The position numbers were made by a program, and so were the translations under genes. Shown one piece after another: positions 20,377 through 31,121 of a DNA stretch of 64,000 bases. This DNA comes from a virus. Positions within the stretch are counted from its first letter, which is position 1, and the number at the start of each line of letters is the position of its first letter. The stretch spans positions 32,001 through 96,000 of the IMG/VR virus record IMGVR_UViG_3300026493_000016, one strand, 5' to 3'. The notes under the pieces are model-generated. The model was given only the letters and a program-made list of their open reading frames with translations, was not told the origin of the DNA and ran no database searches.

Positions 20377-20542
20377 TTAAAACTACCACCTTATAAGTTT
20401 TTTTGTATTTCTTAACTGACTTCATTGTAACATATGCCGTCGAAAAGTGTCAACACTTTTTTTTATTGGCAACCCCCGCCCTTATTAGGCGGGACGCTCT
20501 GGACTTAATGCCCTTTGACTTTCGTCACTGTCCAGACAGTTC

Positions 20543-20824
20543 TTACCAAGGCGCACCCCATTTATTGGGAGTGTAGAATGCCTTCATTTCTTCTTTCGTT
20601 TTGAATTGAAGTAATTCACCTTTCTTTTGTTTAGGTTTGTTAGCACAAATGTAAACGTATTTCATTTCCTCGCGACCTGTTCCGTTACCTGCTACAATTT
20701 GCGCTTCTTCATAAGATTCACATTCGAAAGCTAATTTGTTTTTACGGTCTTTAGCTTCACCCCACCCGCTCATGAAAGTATCAATCATAGTAACATAATA
20801 TTTGTAATCTGGAGTTTTCTTCAT
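20543..20824 (-). CDS. hypothetical phage early protein
   Basis: YYVTMIDTFMSGWG motif; own cassette promoter. Confidence 0.8.
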   Translation of the reverse strand: MKKTPDYKYYVTMIDTFMSGWGEAKDRKNKLAFECESYEEAQIVAGNGTGREEMKYVYICANKPKQKKGELLQFKTKEEMKAFYTPNKWGAPW

Positions 20825-20904
20825 TTTAATCTACCTACCTTTTTTTTTAGTTGTTTTCTTAACCTGTAATCATTATAGCATGTCCAGTTTTATAATGCAA
20901 GCGT

Positions 20905-23146
20905 TTATTTCCAAATTCCGTCGATTAATTCATTTTCATTTAAATCAAAGCGACCAACCAATTCACTTACAATGTACCCTAAAGACTTAAGTGTCTTTTG
21001 TTTGACGCCGCGACCGTCCATTTCATCTTTAACCATTTCAACACTTATACGGTGATACGCTAACATTAACTTTGTATCAGACATTTCTTTAACTTCATTG
21101 CGCTTATACATCAAGCCCAACCCCTTTCAATATCGTAACTAAAGTTTATCACAGCCGTTACAATCATGTCAAGCGTTCTTTTTCCTATATTCACGAAATA
21201 AGAAAATTCTTCGTTTACGATTGCTAGGTATATCATACTAGCCTTGTAGCATGTCATGTTAAGTCTAACACCTAGATATCTTTCTACTAATAAGCGTAAC
21301 TTTGTAGAATCATAAGAACACCTTTTATCGATAGCTTTAATGCACTCTTGAGCTCGCAAGACCATTTCTTTTTTAGTCATATGTAACTACCACCTTATAA
21401 AGTTATTTGCATTTCTTAACCTGTAATCATTGTATCATGTATGTAAGGGGGTTGCAACCCCCTATTTTAATTTAATTCTAATATACTTGTACCCGTTAAT
21501 ATCACCAATATCAGAAGTGTAACTAATTCCTAGTATGTCTAGTACGTCTTTTAACTGATATGAGCTAACATTACTAGTGAAAAATACATCAAAGAATCCG
21601 TAGTGCATAAGCTCATGCAATGCACCATGTAATGCAAGTAAACTCTTATGATTGGATGAAGTCATCTTGTGTCAACCCCGTTTCGTATAATCTCGCATCA
21701 CTAGAACTATACCAAGCTTCCTCATTCATATTATCGTCTAACATTTCCAACTTATTAGAAATATCATTAATAGATTGCTCGTGTTGTCTAATCATAGTTT
21801 TTAACGCCTGTCTTTCTTCTCCTGTAGTAGCTGCGTCGAATGCATCCATTAAGAACTCAAGATTATCCTGCAATCCTTCTCGTTGCTCCTGTAATGTTTC
21901 TGCTGTTTTCATTTTAACGACCTCCAGTTATTTAGTTTTCAATGTCCAATAATTCATAATACGACTCATAGAAATCAAGATAGAAACGTCTATCATATTC
22001 GCCTTCTATAATGTCTAACGTTTCGTTAAACTCTATGACTTCTTTCATAGAAGTTCGAGGGGCGTCAAACCCTTTAACAAAATCCTTCACCTTCATGACA
22101 AAGGTTTTATCATCTAATAACTCCCAATCCATTATTTTTCCACCTTCTTACTTTTGCGCAGCGCCTTTAACATTTCATTACTATTACTATTGTTAAATTT
22201 ACGTACCGCGCGGTGTTGGCTTTTAATGCTTGTCCCACCTTTATATAACGTAGGTTCTTTAGTCATCATAGTCTACCTCCTTATTAAGTTAACCTTAGTT
22301 TACTAAAATTGTGACAGTCTGTCAATACAATCTTTTAGAGTTTTTTCTAATCTTTCGATATTGCGGTTTGCTTCCTTTAAATCGCACACAAGCACATCTA
22401 AAACAGTGTCATTTGTCACGCTTGTCATACTTGAAATAATGCTAACTTTTTCATTAGTAAAGAACTGTAAATCTTTCTTACATTCATCAATCTTAAGTGT
22501 AACCTTTTCCTTCTTATAGTCCATACCTTCAAATTCAATACCCTTGTGTGTTAACCACTTTTCAAATAACAAACAAGTTTTCTGTAAGTCTATTTCATTA
22601 ATCCTTATAATTTGGCGGTTTAGTTCGACCGCGGTCATTTTTGAGTTAACCATATACTTAAAGTATAAAGCACGCTCACTTTTGTATAGGTCATGCTCAC
22701 GACGAAAATGTTTGTGCATAGATTTTACAAAGTTTACAACTTCTTCTTTTTCTAAATAAATAGTTGTAAGCGCTACGCCTCCGCTATCTGTAATAGAGAC
22801 GATTAATTCACATTGACTTAACGCTTCCCTAACTTCTAATTGACGCCCCATTTGCTCGTTAACTACTTCCAACTTATCTGTAAATCTCATTTTTAACTAC
22901 CTCCATTAATTTGTTATTTTCTTAACTGATTCCATTGTATCACACATATCTTATTTGTACAACACTTTTTGAAACTCTTTTTATTTTACCTTGATGTGTA
23001 TGTGATACGCATGCAATGAACATTGTATCACCTGTTATGTATAGCACTTGATATTCTTTATTGTTGTATGCAAACACATCGCCGTAACTGTATACGCGTC
23101 TTACAAAGAAACTGATATTACTATCAACTATGTATGCTCTTGTCAT
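20905..23146 (-). CDS. hypothetical early genes (20905-21120, 21111-21380, 21462-21665, 21646-21912, 21932-22132, 22303-22890, 22940-23146)
   Basis: ORF track; RBSs. Confidence 0.72.
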
Positions 23147-23313
23147 CTTGTCCCCTCCTCTCGTTTAACTCTGTAAACATCGTAACATGGTAAACAAGGA
23201 AATTGCAACTATTATTTTAAATAACTTTTTTATGTTTCCTATAATGGAAGAAACTATTCACAAAACACGAACAAACCCAGTCGCACCAAGGGTTTACAGG
23301 GTTTTAAAATAAA

Positions 23314-23345
23314 TAAAAAAGCCTGACAGAATTGTCAGACTCTTT
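23314..23345 (-). terminator. intrinsic terminator containing an AATTGTCAGACT motif copy
   Basis: AAAAAAGCCTGACA-GAAT-TGTCAGACTCTTT. Confidence 0.65.
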
Positions 23346-23396
23346 ATAACTACCACTATTATTCTTGGTCGGCGCCTCTTGTGTTCCAGTGAGCTA

Positions 23397-23849
23397 CTAG
23401 TCAAATGAACCGCATGAATCTGAGGAGCTACTAGAACCCCCTCCGTCGTCATTGTAACTGCGCCCACAACTTGGAGCTGGTGAGCTACTAGGCGTATACG
23501 TCGGTGTGTTAGGTGATGTAAAGAACGACACACTCAAATCATCTCTATCATCCCAGTTCTTACGCGTATCTTTAGGTCTAGTAGGTGTAGGTGGTCTCTT
23601 TACATGAAGCCTAAACCCTTTATCACTCAATGGTGTTTTATGTTTGCTAGGGTTAAAGTTACTCTTAATTAGATACTCTCGCGTCTCTCGTCTAACCTCT
23701 TCCAACCTAGCTTTATTATTCGCCTCAACAGCGTCATTCATGTCCTTACTTAATCGTCTATCCTTGTTCTTTGGAGGTGTACTATTAGAATACATACGCA
23801 CAATAAAGTATATTGCACACAGTCCAAAGAATGCTAATAAGATACTCAT
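23397..23849 (-). CDS. membrane-anchored protein with Ser/Gly-rich tail
   Basis: N-terminal TM; C-terminal GGGSSSSSDSCGS. Confidence 0.8.
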   Translation of the reverse strand: MSILLAFFGLCAIYFIVRMYSNSTPPKNKDRRLSKDMNDAVEANNKARLEEVRRETREYLIKSNFNPSKHKTPLSDKGFRLHVKRPPTPTRPKDTRKNWDDRDDLSVSFFTSPNTPTYTPSSSPAPSCGRSYNDDGGGSSSSSDSCGSFD

Positions 23850-23873
23850 ACCCTCATCCTTTCTAGGGAGCTA

Positions 23874-24104
23874 CTAGTTTACTAGTGAGCTCTCCACAGC
23901 TTTTAGAATTTTCTCAAATGCTTTAACACCAATTACTTTACGTGTTCCGTTCTTCCACCCTGTAGGGCTCATATACATTGGTTCCAAAACATAAGATGGG
24001 TTCGAACCTTTGTAACATTTCTTAACCGTGAATTTATTTTTATCATCCGTTTGCTCACTATAAATTTCTTCTTCTTTATCCCAACCTGTCCATTCTTTCG
24101 CCAT
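23874..24104 (-). CDS. hypothetical protein, PC4-like ssDNA-binding candidate
   Basis: FTV...KG..SY....Y....GWK.G...I....F..I. Confidence 0.45.
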   Translation of the reverse strand: MAKEWTGWDKEEEIYSEQTDDKNKFTVKKCYKGSNPSYVLEPMYMSPTGWKNGTRKVIGVKAFEKILKAVESSLVN

Positions 24105-24451
24105 TATTTAATCCTCCCAACAATTTTACACATATACTTACAATCATAATCGCTCGGTTCGAAACCAACATGGATATCGTGATTAGAGTCAACGAAAGCC
24201 CATTGAGAGATAAATCTCGTTGCGTTTATGTTAGCCACTGTACGTTTACCATATCCGAACGCATTAGCGAAATCATTGCCGCTAATGTGGTACATGTACT
24301 CACCTTCTTTAAAACTATTAAGTTTAACCGCTAGACCCTCCACTTGCATCGCAGCTCTAGCTTGGTTCCATGTACACATTGCGTCTTCGCCTTCTTGTTT
24401 CTTACGTAGGTAGTGTGTTTCCCATTTCCCAATTAATCTTTCGTTATCCAT
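24104..24451 (-). CDS. DUF2829 / Tad2-like protein (divergent)
   Basis: WNQARAAM..G..V...SF..GEYMY...GYG...VGFEPSDYD. Confidence 0.55.
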   Translation of the reverse strand: MDNERLIGKWETHYLRKKQEGEDAMCTWNQARAAMQVEGLAVKLNSFKEGEYMYHISGNDFANAFGYGKRTVANINATRFISQWAFVDSNHDIHVGFEPSDYDCKYMCKIVGRIK

Positions 24452-24470
24452 ATTAATCTCTCCTTATTAA

Positions 24471-24764
24471 CTATTTAACTCGCCATCCGCTTCTTTGAAT
24501 ATATCTATCAGGTTTATAACCTAGATTAATAACTTGACCGCTACTATACCATTTCTTATCTACTCTAACAACTTCTGCAATTGTATCCGCAAAAGCAGGT
24601 TCCCCTTCATACTCGCCATAACCATACCCAAAAGCTGCACATAATTTCTTGCTTGTAATCATGTAAAGGTAAGCTTTACCGTTAAACGACTCATGTTCAA
24701 CGGTATGTCCTTGTTTTAACAAAGTTTTAGCTTGGTCCCAATCTAGATTAAATTGCTCACTCAT
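24471..24764 (-). CDS. DUF2829 / Tad2-like protein
   Basis: WDQAKTLLKQGHTV...FNGKAYLYMI...YGYGEYEGEP.F.DT...W. Confidence 0.65.
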   Translation of the reverse strand: MSEQFNLDWDQAKTLLKQGHTVEHESFNGKAYLYMITSKKLCAAFGYGYGEYEGEPAFADTIAEVVRVDKKWYSSGQVINLGYKPDRYIQRSGWRVK

Positions 24765-25063
24765 ACGGTAACCCCTCTGTCCGTTAAGAACTTCTCATAG
24801 TTTTCATAAGAGTAGATGAATTTAACTTCTACGAAAGAGAAGTCATCACCGACTAACTCATCTAATTCGTCATCCTCGATAATAGCTCTTGCATAGTGTG
24901 TGAACTCGCTATGTCTATCCCATCCATGTTTGACAATCTCACCTTCATTTAAAATAATAGTCCCGATACCACTTTTAGTGCTTTTTAGAATGTACTCTTC
25001 TTGCTCCTTCTCAACTAAAGCCTCTTGTCGGTCTGTCTCAGTAATAATTCTTAACATGTCCAT
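24761..25063 (-). CDS. hypothetical protein
   Basis: ORF track; RBS AGGAGG. Confidence 0.75.
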   Translation of the reverse strand: MDMLRIITETDRQEALVEKEQEEYILKSTKSGIGTIILNEGEIVKHGWDRHSEFTHYARAIIEDDELDELVGDDFSFVEVKFIYSYENYEKFLTDRGVTV

Positions 25064-25175
25064 TCCTCCTAATATATTTATTGGTGTACCAAACCCACCA
25101 GAACAGAGTCTAGTCAGTATTCCAGTGAGCTACTAGTGACTTGAGTTTAGTATAGCATGACTTATTTAACCCCCG

Positions 25176-25475
25176 TTAATTGTTCTCACTCTTCTTTTCC
25201 CCCTTAAACTTTATATGATAGATAAGCATATCACGGTTGTCAAACTTAACTGTAATAGTCGAACCTTCTTGAATAGCCTTGAACTGGCTGTCTTGGATTT
25301 TAAGTTCCAATTTAACATCTGTACCTTCTACCGTAATCGTGCTGTAACGAGCTCTAGCTGTCGAGTAGTTCTTACCAACAACCTTAACATCCTCAAGTGT
25401 AGTTACATAATTATCAGTCTCACAACCTATTAATAGTGTAGCACACAAAACTAGTAAAGTCAATAATTTTTTCAT
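25176..25475 (-). CDS. lipoprotein
   Basis: signal peptide with lipobox LIGC. Confidence 0.75.
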   Translation of the reverse strand: MKKLLTLLVLCATLLIGCETDNYVTTLEDVKVVGKNYSTARARYSTITVEGTDVKLELKIQDSQFKAIQEGSTITVKFDNRDMLIYHIKFKGEKKSENN

Positions 25476-27316
25476 AGTTTAGCATCCTTCTTTCGTAGTG
25501 GGATACCCGCTTGGTCTAACGCACCTTTAGCATTATCTACACAATTCCGAAGTTGCTCCTTATACAAATTAATACATTGTTGTGGAAACATAACCTCACC
25601 CATCTCAGAGTAGAACCCTACCCATCGCTTACGACGCGCAATGTTCTTCATCGTAGCTGTTAGGATATCTACTTGGTTTCTAGCCTCATCACGCTCTTTA
25701 GTTAATAACTCTACCATTTCTTCTAATTGCTGCTGTCTCATTGTGCTGCCTCCAGTTCTGGTTTAATAGCTCTAGCCTTGTCCCACATCATTCTAATAAT
25801 CTTTCCTCTAGTTAGCCCCTCACACTCTAGCTGAAATGTCATATTGCTAGAATGACTTTTATAGTAACCTTGTAGATTCGTATCATCCGCAGACAATACT
25901 AGCGCGAACACGCCCCCAATATCATAAGATTTAACAGTCTCATCGAGTACGTGCCTACGGTAATAAGCATCGTCCTCTTTCTCCCAACGTTGATACATTC
26001 TATCTCTATAAGTCAACCTAAATCGCTCCCTCCATATAGTTCCTCTTGACAAAAGATTTCAAAAGCGTATAAGATATAGTCTTTATGATATCCCTTCACA
26101 CTCAACTCTATTATCTTATCAACATGCTTCTTTTCCTTTATCATATACCCGTTGTACTTAATACCTGTATAAAAGTCGAATGGTTTTCTAGTAACCCCAA
26201 CATATGTCATTCCCTCTACTTGTGGTACATCTTTTTTGAAGATGATGTTACTCATTAGAATTCGTCCCTTGGAATGTTATTTACATGGACAACATGTAGG
26301 TCGTTAGCCTCATCTGATAGCTCATTATGGTAGTCGTCCTCCGTCATGTCGCGAGAACCTTCAATGTAATCGTCGAATATTGATACAATTTTGCGAACTG
26401 GTTCAATAGATAGTTCTAACTCTTTCATTGTACAATTAACCTTCACAGAGTGCTTGTCCATATGTTCTTTAGCGTTAGCCATCTTCTTACGCAGCTTGTC
26501 CCACTCTGCAAACTCCCAATCCGGCGTGCTTAGTAGCTTTTCGTATAAATCAAAGATAGCTTGTACATGTCCTGCGTTTACGATTTTCATTATAACATTA
26601 CCCCCGTCATGTTAATGTATGGCGTTGTTGCCTCGTCAATTGCATCATCTACTAATTCCCTAACAGCCTCTTGTGCGTCTAAAGGCAGACTCTCGATAAA
26701 CTCATCAATATCCTTAAAGAAACTACCTTGACCATCCTCTTTTAAATCGATGTATACCATTATACAGCCCTCCCTAAAGATACAATCACTTTATTACTAT
26801 TCTCCAACTCTAGTATATTAAGTCTAACACCTGTTAACATGGCATCATATGCTCGTTGGAACACCTCTAAATGTTCTCTTGTAACTTTCACTGGTGTACC
26901 ATTAATAAGATGCGCGAACATGTTATGAACGATGAACATTTTCTCTTGGTAATTAATCTTAGAAATAACTCCTATCTCTTTAGCACTCATCTCGTAGTCC
27001 GTCTTAAAGTTCTTCAGCTCGTACATCATGTCACTCTCATCGACAATCTCTAGCGCATGCTCCTTGTCACGCGCTTTTATAGTCCTAGTAATTTCTGCTG
27101 TCATTTTACATGTGAAATATTTAAGTTCACTCATTGCTTGTCCATCCTTTCTTTTACCGCTCTAAAGTAATTGTATAAGTGGATAATCCCTCTGTCCGTG
27201 TAATCTTCAAAGTTATCGGGCAGCCCTAGCTGGGTTACCCGATTCATTTGTACACAGAACATGATAGCTTCTTCCCTTGAACACCCGATAGATGACATAG
27301 GATACAACGTACTCAT
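25472..27316 (-). CDS. hypothetical genes (25472-25741, 25738-26052, 26013-26255, 26255-26590, 26760-27134, 27131-27316)
   Basis: ORF track; translational coupling. Confidence 0.72.
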
Positions 27317-27867
27317 TACTTCACTCCATTCCCCATCTCCGCCATTACATCTCCGGTTTCATTAATGATTTGTAATGTGATTTGATGTGTCTTTGCTTTA
27401 CCTCCGTGAAAACGGTCATTCATTTCGTCTAATACGTATGATACATCTTTCGCTACCGCTGCTGCATACTCTTTGTGGATGATTGGTTTAATCCCATCAA
27501 TCCGTTCTACAGCTCGAAAGTTAACAGATAATTGGATTGTGTTCTCATCTGGAACAATCCACTCAATGTTATATTTACTTGCTTCTGGCTTTCTGTCTGC
27601 GTTCAGTGCATTTTCTAGTACTTTTGTATTGTTAGCTTCCGCAATGAGGTTCTCCGCCTTCTGAAGCGCCTCTCTGTCCTTATCTGTGACCTCGTTCTTC
27701 TTGTGCAGTGAGCTACTATAGTTTGTGTCTACTGTATCTCCCGCGTTATGTGGTACAAGGGTTTGTGCAGCGCTACCTCCGTACGTATACACACCTACCA
27801 CTAAAGTTGTAACTACTACTGTTGCCTTGAGTGTAAAGTTTACGAATCCTTTTCTGAACTTAAACAT
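27316..27867 (-). CDS. secreted or membrane-anchored hypothetical protein
   Basis: N-terminal signal/TM. Confidence 0.75.
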   Translation of the reverse strand: MFKFRKGFVNFTLKATVVVTTLVVGVYTYGGSAAQTLVPHNAGDTVDTNYSSSLHKKNEVTDKDREALQKAENLIAEANNTKVLENALNADRKPEASKYNIEWIVPDENTIQLSVNFRAVERIDGIKPIIHKEYAAAVAKDVSYVLDEMNDRFHGGKAKTHQITLQIINETGDVMAEMGNGVK

Positions 27868-28448
27868 TTTTTATCTTCCTCCAATAAGAAATATCCGAAT
27901 TTTAGTAACCGAATATTAACTCTTTCTCGGTCCTTTGTGTCATTATACTCGATAATCACGTCGGTGTCAATACCTAAGTCTGTATGTTTTAATCGTTCAA
28001 CAATTTTCACTTCTCTTCCTTTATATGTTGCTTTAGGGTCAACACCGAATAATTGCCCACTGAAGTCGATACGATAGTATCCTTCAAACTCTTGGTTGAA
28101 GTCTATCAAGTTAACTCCTACCTCCGGCTCTTCCTTTACTATAAGAGATTTGATATATTCGTGAACCTCTTCTGCTACCTCTTGACTTGCCCAGTAGAAG
28201 TTAACATCACACTTACGTCCCATTTGCGTCGAGAATGCCATCGGCTTATCATCGAAGAAGTAAACTTGGAATCCTACGATTGTATCTGTACAGTACCAGT
28301 TTGCTAACCAATAAGATGTAATTCGGCAATCTTCCGGCTCACTAATGTAATCTTCCCAGATTTGAAACTCACTAGCAATCTCACTTAAGTCTAACCATCC
28401 GCTACCCTTTGATTTGTCAACTCTGTCGAAAATGTGTTTTGCGTTCAT
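27840..28448 (-). CDS. hypothetical protein
   Basis: WYCTDTIVG motif; own promoter near 28495-28522. Confidence 0.8.
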   Translation of the reverse strand: MNAKHIFDRVDKSKGSGWLDLSEIASEFQIWEDYISEPEDCRITSYWLANWYCTDTIVGFQVYFFDDKPMAFSTQMGRKCDVNFYWASQEVAEEVHEYIKSLIVKEEPEVGVNLIDFNQEFEGYYRIDFSGQLFGVDPKATYKGREVKIVERLKHTDLGIDTDVIIEYNDTKDRERVNIRLLKFGYFLLEEDKKCLSSEKDS

Positions 28449-28531
28449 AACTTAATTCCCCCTAGTAATTTGTTGTTCTCTTAACTTGTCTTTATCTTAT
28501 CATAGGTAAAACTAGATTGCAACACTTTTAT

Positions 28532-28566
28532 AAAAAAAAATAGCCCACTATTTCTAGTGAGCTACT
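28532..28566 (-). terminator. intrinsic terminator
   Basis: TAGCTCACTA-GAAA-TAGTGGGCTA followed by a T run on the - strand. Confidence 0.7.
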
Positions 28567-28575
28567 ACAACCGTA

Positions 28576-28998
28576 TTAAATTCCTAACTTAGCAGAAATG
28601 TCTCCTAGTTTACGGTCTGCTTTCATTTCTTCAGATAACATACCATCGATTTCCTTAGAACCTGCCTCTAGCTCTTCACGCTCCTTCTTAAGGTTGTGCT
28701 TATTGATGATAGTTGCAATATCTTGCATCCAATCCATAATAGGGAATCCAGCAAACTTATACGTATATTGAACCTTAAGGTCCTTAGCCGAGATATGATG
28801 CATGTTAAGTTGTACTTGCACCTCACGCAGCTTATCAACGGATAGTGTATGGAAGTTTAACTTCTCCCCGTATAATGTAAGACTACATGGAGTCTTGAAG
28901 TCTGGTACATTAGATAAAGCTAGCTCAATAGCGTTTAATTTGTGCTTAATACTAGTCTGCATTCCTACAATTTTAGCATCTTGTTTAGTTTGAATCAT
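28576..28998 (-). CDS. hypothetical protein
   Basis: ORF track. Confidence 0.8.
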   Translation of the reverse strand: MIQTKQDAKIVGMQTSIKHKLNAIELALSNVPDFKTPCSLTLYGEKLNFHTLSVDKLREVQVQLNMHHISAKDLKVQYTYKFAGFPIMDWMQDIATIINKHNLKKEREELEAGSKEIDGMLSEEMKADRKLGDISAKLGI

Positions 28999-29019
28999 TA
29001 TAAATCTCTCCCTTTAATT

Positions 29020-30246
29020 TTATCGGTATTGGCTTTCTGCGCCAACTTCTTCGGCTAAACCTTTATTCATTTCTTTACTTCCACCATAAACTTTGTACGG
29101 CTTACCAGATGCATGACGAACAAGTAACGCATAAGGTTTGTATTCATTAGCTAGTTTCTCACGAAGTGCATTCTCTGTTAGTGAGTAAGTGCACCCCATA
29201 CTCTCATGACCACCTAAAACACAAGTCTTACAGATTGCATACTCATACTCAGGCTCTTGAGGTGTGTCTTTATGTCTAATCGTATACTGGTACTTTTGTC
29301 TACGTTCTACTCGATAGTGATACTTAGCTGCTTCTGGTCCTTCTAGATGGAACGCGAATGAATCAGCACTCTTATACCCGACATACGAAGCTAGGTAAGA
29401 CATGATATCCTCCACATCAATCTCGTAGTACTCAGGTTCCCAAATTTTTACCTCACTAGCTTCATAACTAGTATCTAGTAACTCTTGAAACGGGGTGAAA
29501 TCCTGTACACAGCCCCAATCAGCTTCCTCACAGAAGAAGTTTTTAACATTAGAACGTGTTACGATACGCCACTCTTTGTCAGACCATGAATACTTCTTAG
29601 CGAAGAACCATTGCTTTGCTTTAGTTCCATAGACGTTCTTACGACGCTGCTCCTCATCCTTCCAACCATACGATGAGTTAGATGGGTAGCTATACTTAGT
29701 GAACCTACCAAGGTAAACCCATTCCTCTTGATTCTTTGTATCAATATACGTGTATCCAATCTTAAGGTCCTTAGGTTCCACAAACTCTAGTTTCTTAATT
29801 ACAGCGGAGTATGCAGACATAGTTTGATAGACATCAGATTCTACTGGAAGTAAGTACAGCTGCTGCCCTTCCCATGCTAGAATCAACTTACCTTCAATAC
29901 CTTTACCTTTCGTTACGCTACAGTGTGCTAGGATAAACATGAGGTTGTCCAAGTCAATCTCAAACTCGAAACCTTCTGGGTGCCACACACGAATGAATGC
30001 TTTACGCTCACTCCATTTAGGTACACCTCCCCCAGAACGGTTAATAACAAATCCTTCAGTAGGTACGTTATCTAGCTCCATGATACCTAATTCTTCTCTA
30101 ATCCAACCTTTCCAACTATTCTCTTTACGCAACACTCCTTTCTCATCATAGTAAGTGATGTAGCTAAGTTTACCAGAGTACGTATCGCTACGACTCTGGA
30201 AACCTACTTTTAACTTATCAGGGATATACATTTTAGACACTGGCAA
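29020..30246 (-). CDS. hypothetical phage protein, 408 aa
   Basis: long ORF; IPDKLKVGFQ.R.DTY.GKL N-terminus. Confidence 0.85.
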   Translation of the reverse strand: MPVSKMYIPDKLKVGFQSRSDTYSGKLSYITYYDEKGVLRKENSWKGWIREELGIMELDNVPTEGFVINRSGGGVPKWSERKAFIRVWHPEGFEFEIDLDNLMFILAHCSVTKGKGIEGKLILAWEGQQLYLLPVESDVYQTMSAYSAVIKKLEFVEPKDLKIGYTYIDTKNQEEWVYLGRFTKYSYPSNSSYGWKDEEQRRKNVYGTKAKQWFFAKKYSWSDKEWRIVTRSNVKNFFCEEADWGCVQDFTPFQELLDTSYEASEVKIWEPEYYEIDVEDIMSYLASYVGYKSADSFAFHLEGPEAAKYHYRVERRQKYQYTIRHKDTPQEPEYEYAICKTCVLGGHESMGCTYSLTENALREKLANEYKPYALLVRHASGKPYKVYGGSKEMNKGLAEEVGAESQYR

Positions 30247-30959
30247 TCGTCAACTCCTCTAACAATAGTTTAACAGGGACAACATTAAATGTATCATCAA
30301 TCTCTGATAATAGAATTGTATTATCTACATGACCGCCATCCCATCTAACAGTCGTAATAACAAGCCTTGTGTCATTGTACTCGTTGACGATACCGTATTC
30401 CTCTTCCCATCTCATTGCTACCGGACCGGATGTGTATGTTTGAATGAGTACAGGAGACCCTACTGAAAAATGGTCCTTATTGAATACCTCTTTCGTCGTT
30501 GTTACTTTACCCTCTACAAAATACTTTGCGTCTACATGTGGTTTTTCCATTATTTCTCCCCCTTAATAGATTTCGTTATACATTACTTGTAATGCTGATT
30601 GCATTGCGTAGTCTGCGGAGATGATATCTCGACCTAGACTAATAATATGACTCGCATCCGCATCTCTTTCGATTGCATCTTTAAGCTCCTCGTGCAAATC
30701 TTTCCACTCTTGATAGATTTCACTGTATTCCCTAATCGAGTCTAACATATTACCCCTCCACTGGCTGGTACGTATCAAACGCATCCATACCTGTTTTCTC
30801 TGCTGTACGATACATCTGGTAAGCTAGTATTTCTAGTTGGTCATCTGTAAAGTCTACCAATAACGCTTTGATTCGTTCGTAAGACGCCCCGTATCCGTGA
30901 CGTGTCATGTTCCAAGCTAACACCTCTGCTGGTGTTTCTGGCATCATATCTGTGTTCAT
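30233..30959 (-). CDS. hypothetical genes (30233-30550, 30563-30748, 30750-30959)
   Basis: ORF track. Confidence 0.7.
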
Positions 30960-31121
30960 TCTACCACTCCTCTTCCCAATCTACATTTGTTAGTCCCCAA
31001 GTCTGTTCATACGCCCATTGTGCGCTCTCCAATACTTGCTCCATCTCGTGACCTACTATACTTTCGATAACAAATGAACCAACTTCTACGTTATCCACAT
31101 AAGCTACACATTTTACATCCC

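Larger units (their letters stand above)
12610..23210 (-). promoter_or_regulatory. about 12 repeated early promoter-leader-RBS cassettes
   Basis: TTGCAA/TTGACA-type -35, 17-18 nt spacer, TG-n-TACAAT-type -10, then GAAGTCAGTTAAGAAA or GATTACAGGTTAAGAAA, then AAGGTGGTAG; -10 at 12661, 13179, 16451, 17290, 17706, 18861, 19327, 20424, 20872, 21429, 22934, 23179. Confidence 0.9.

Noticed and set aside
23294-23533. Alternative-frame 79-aa ORF
   Set aside because: It overlaps 23397-23849 out of frame and runs through a terminator.
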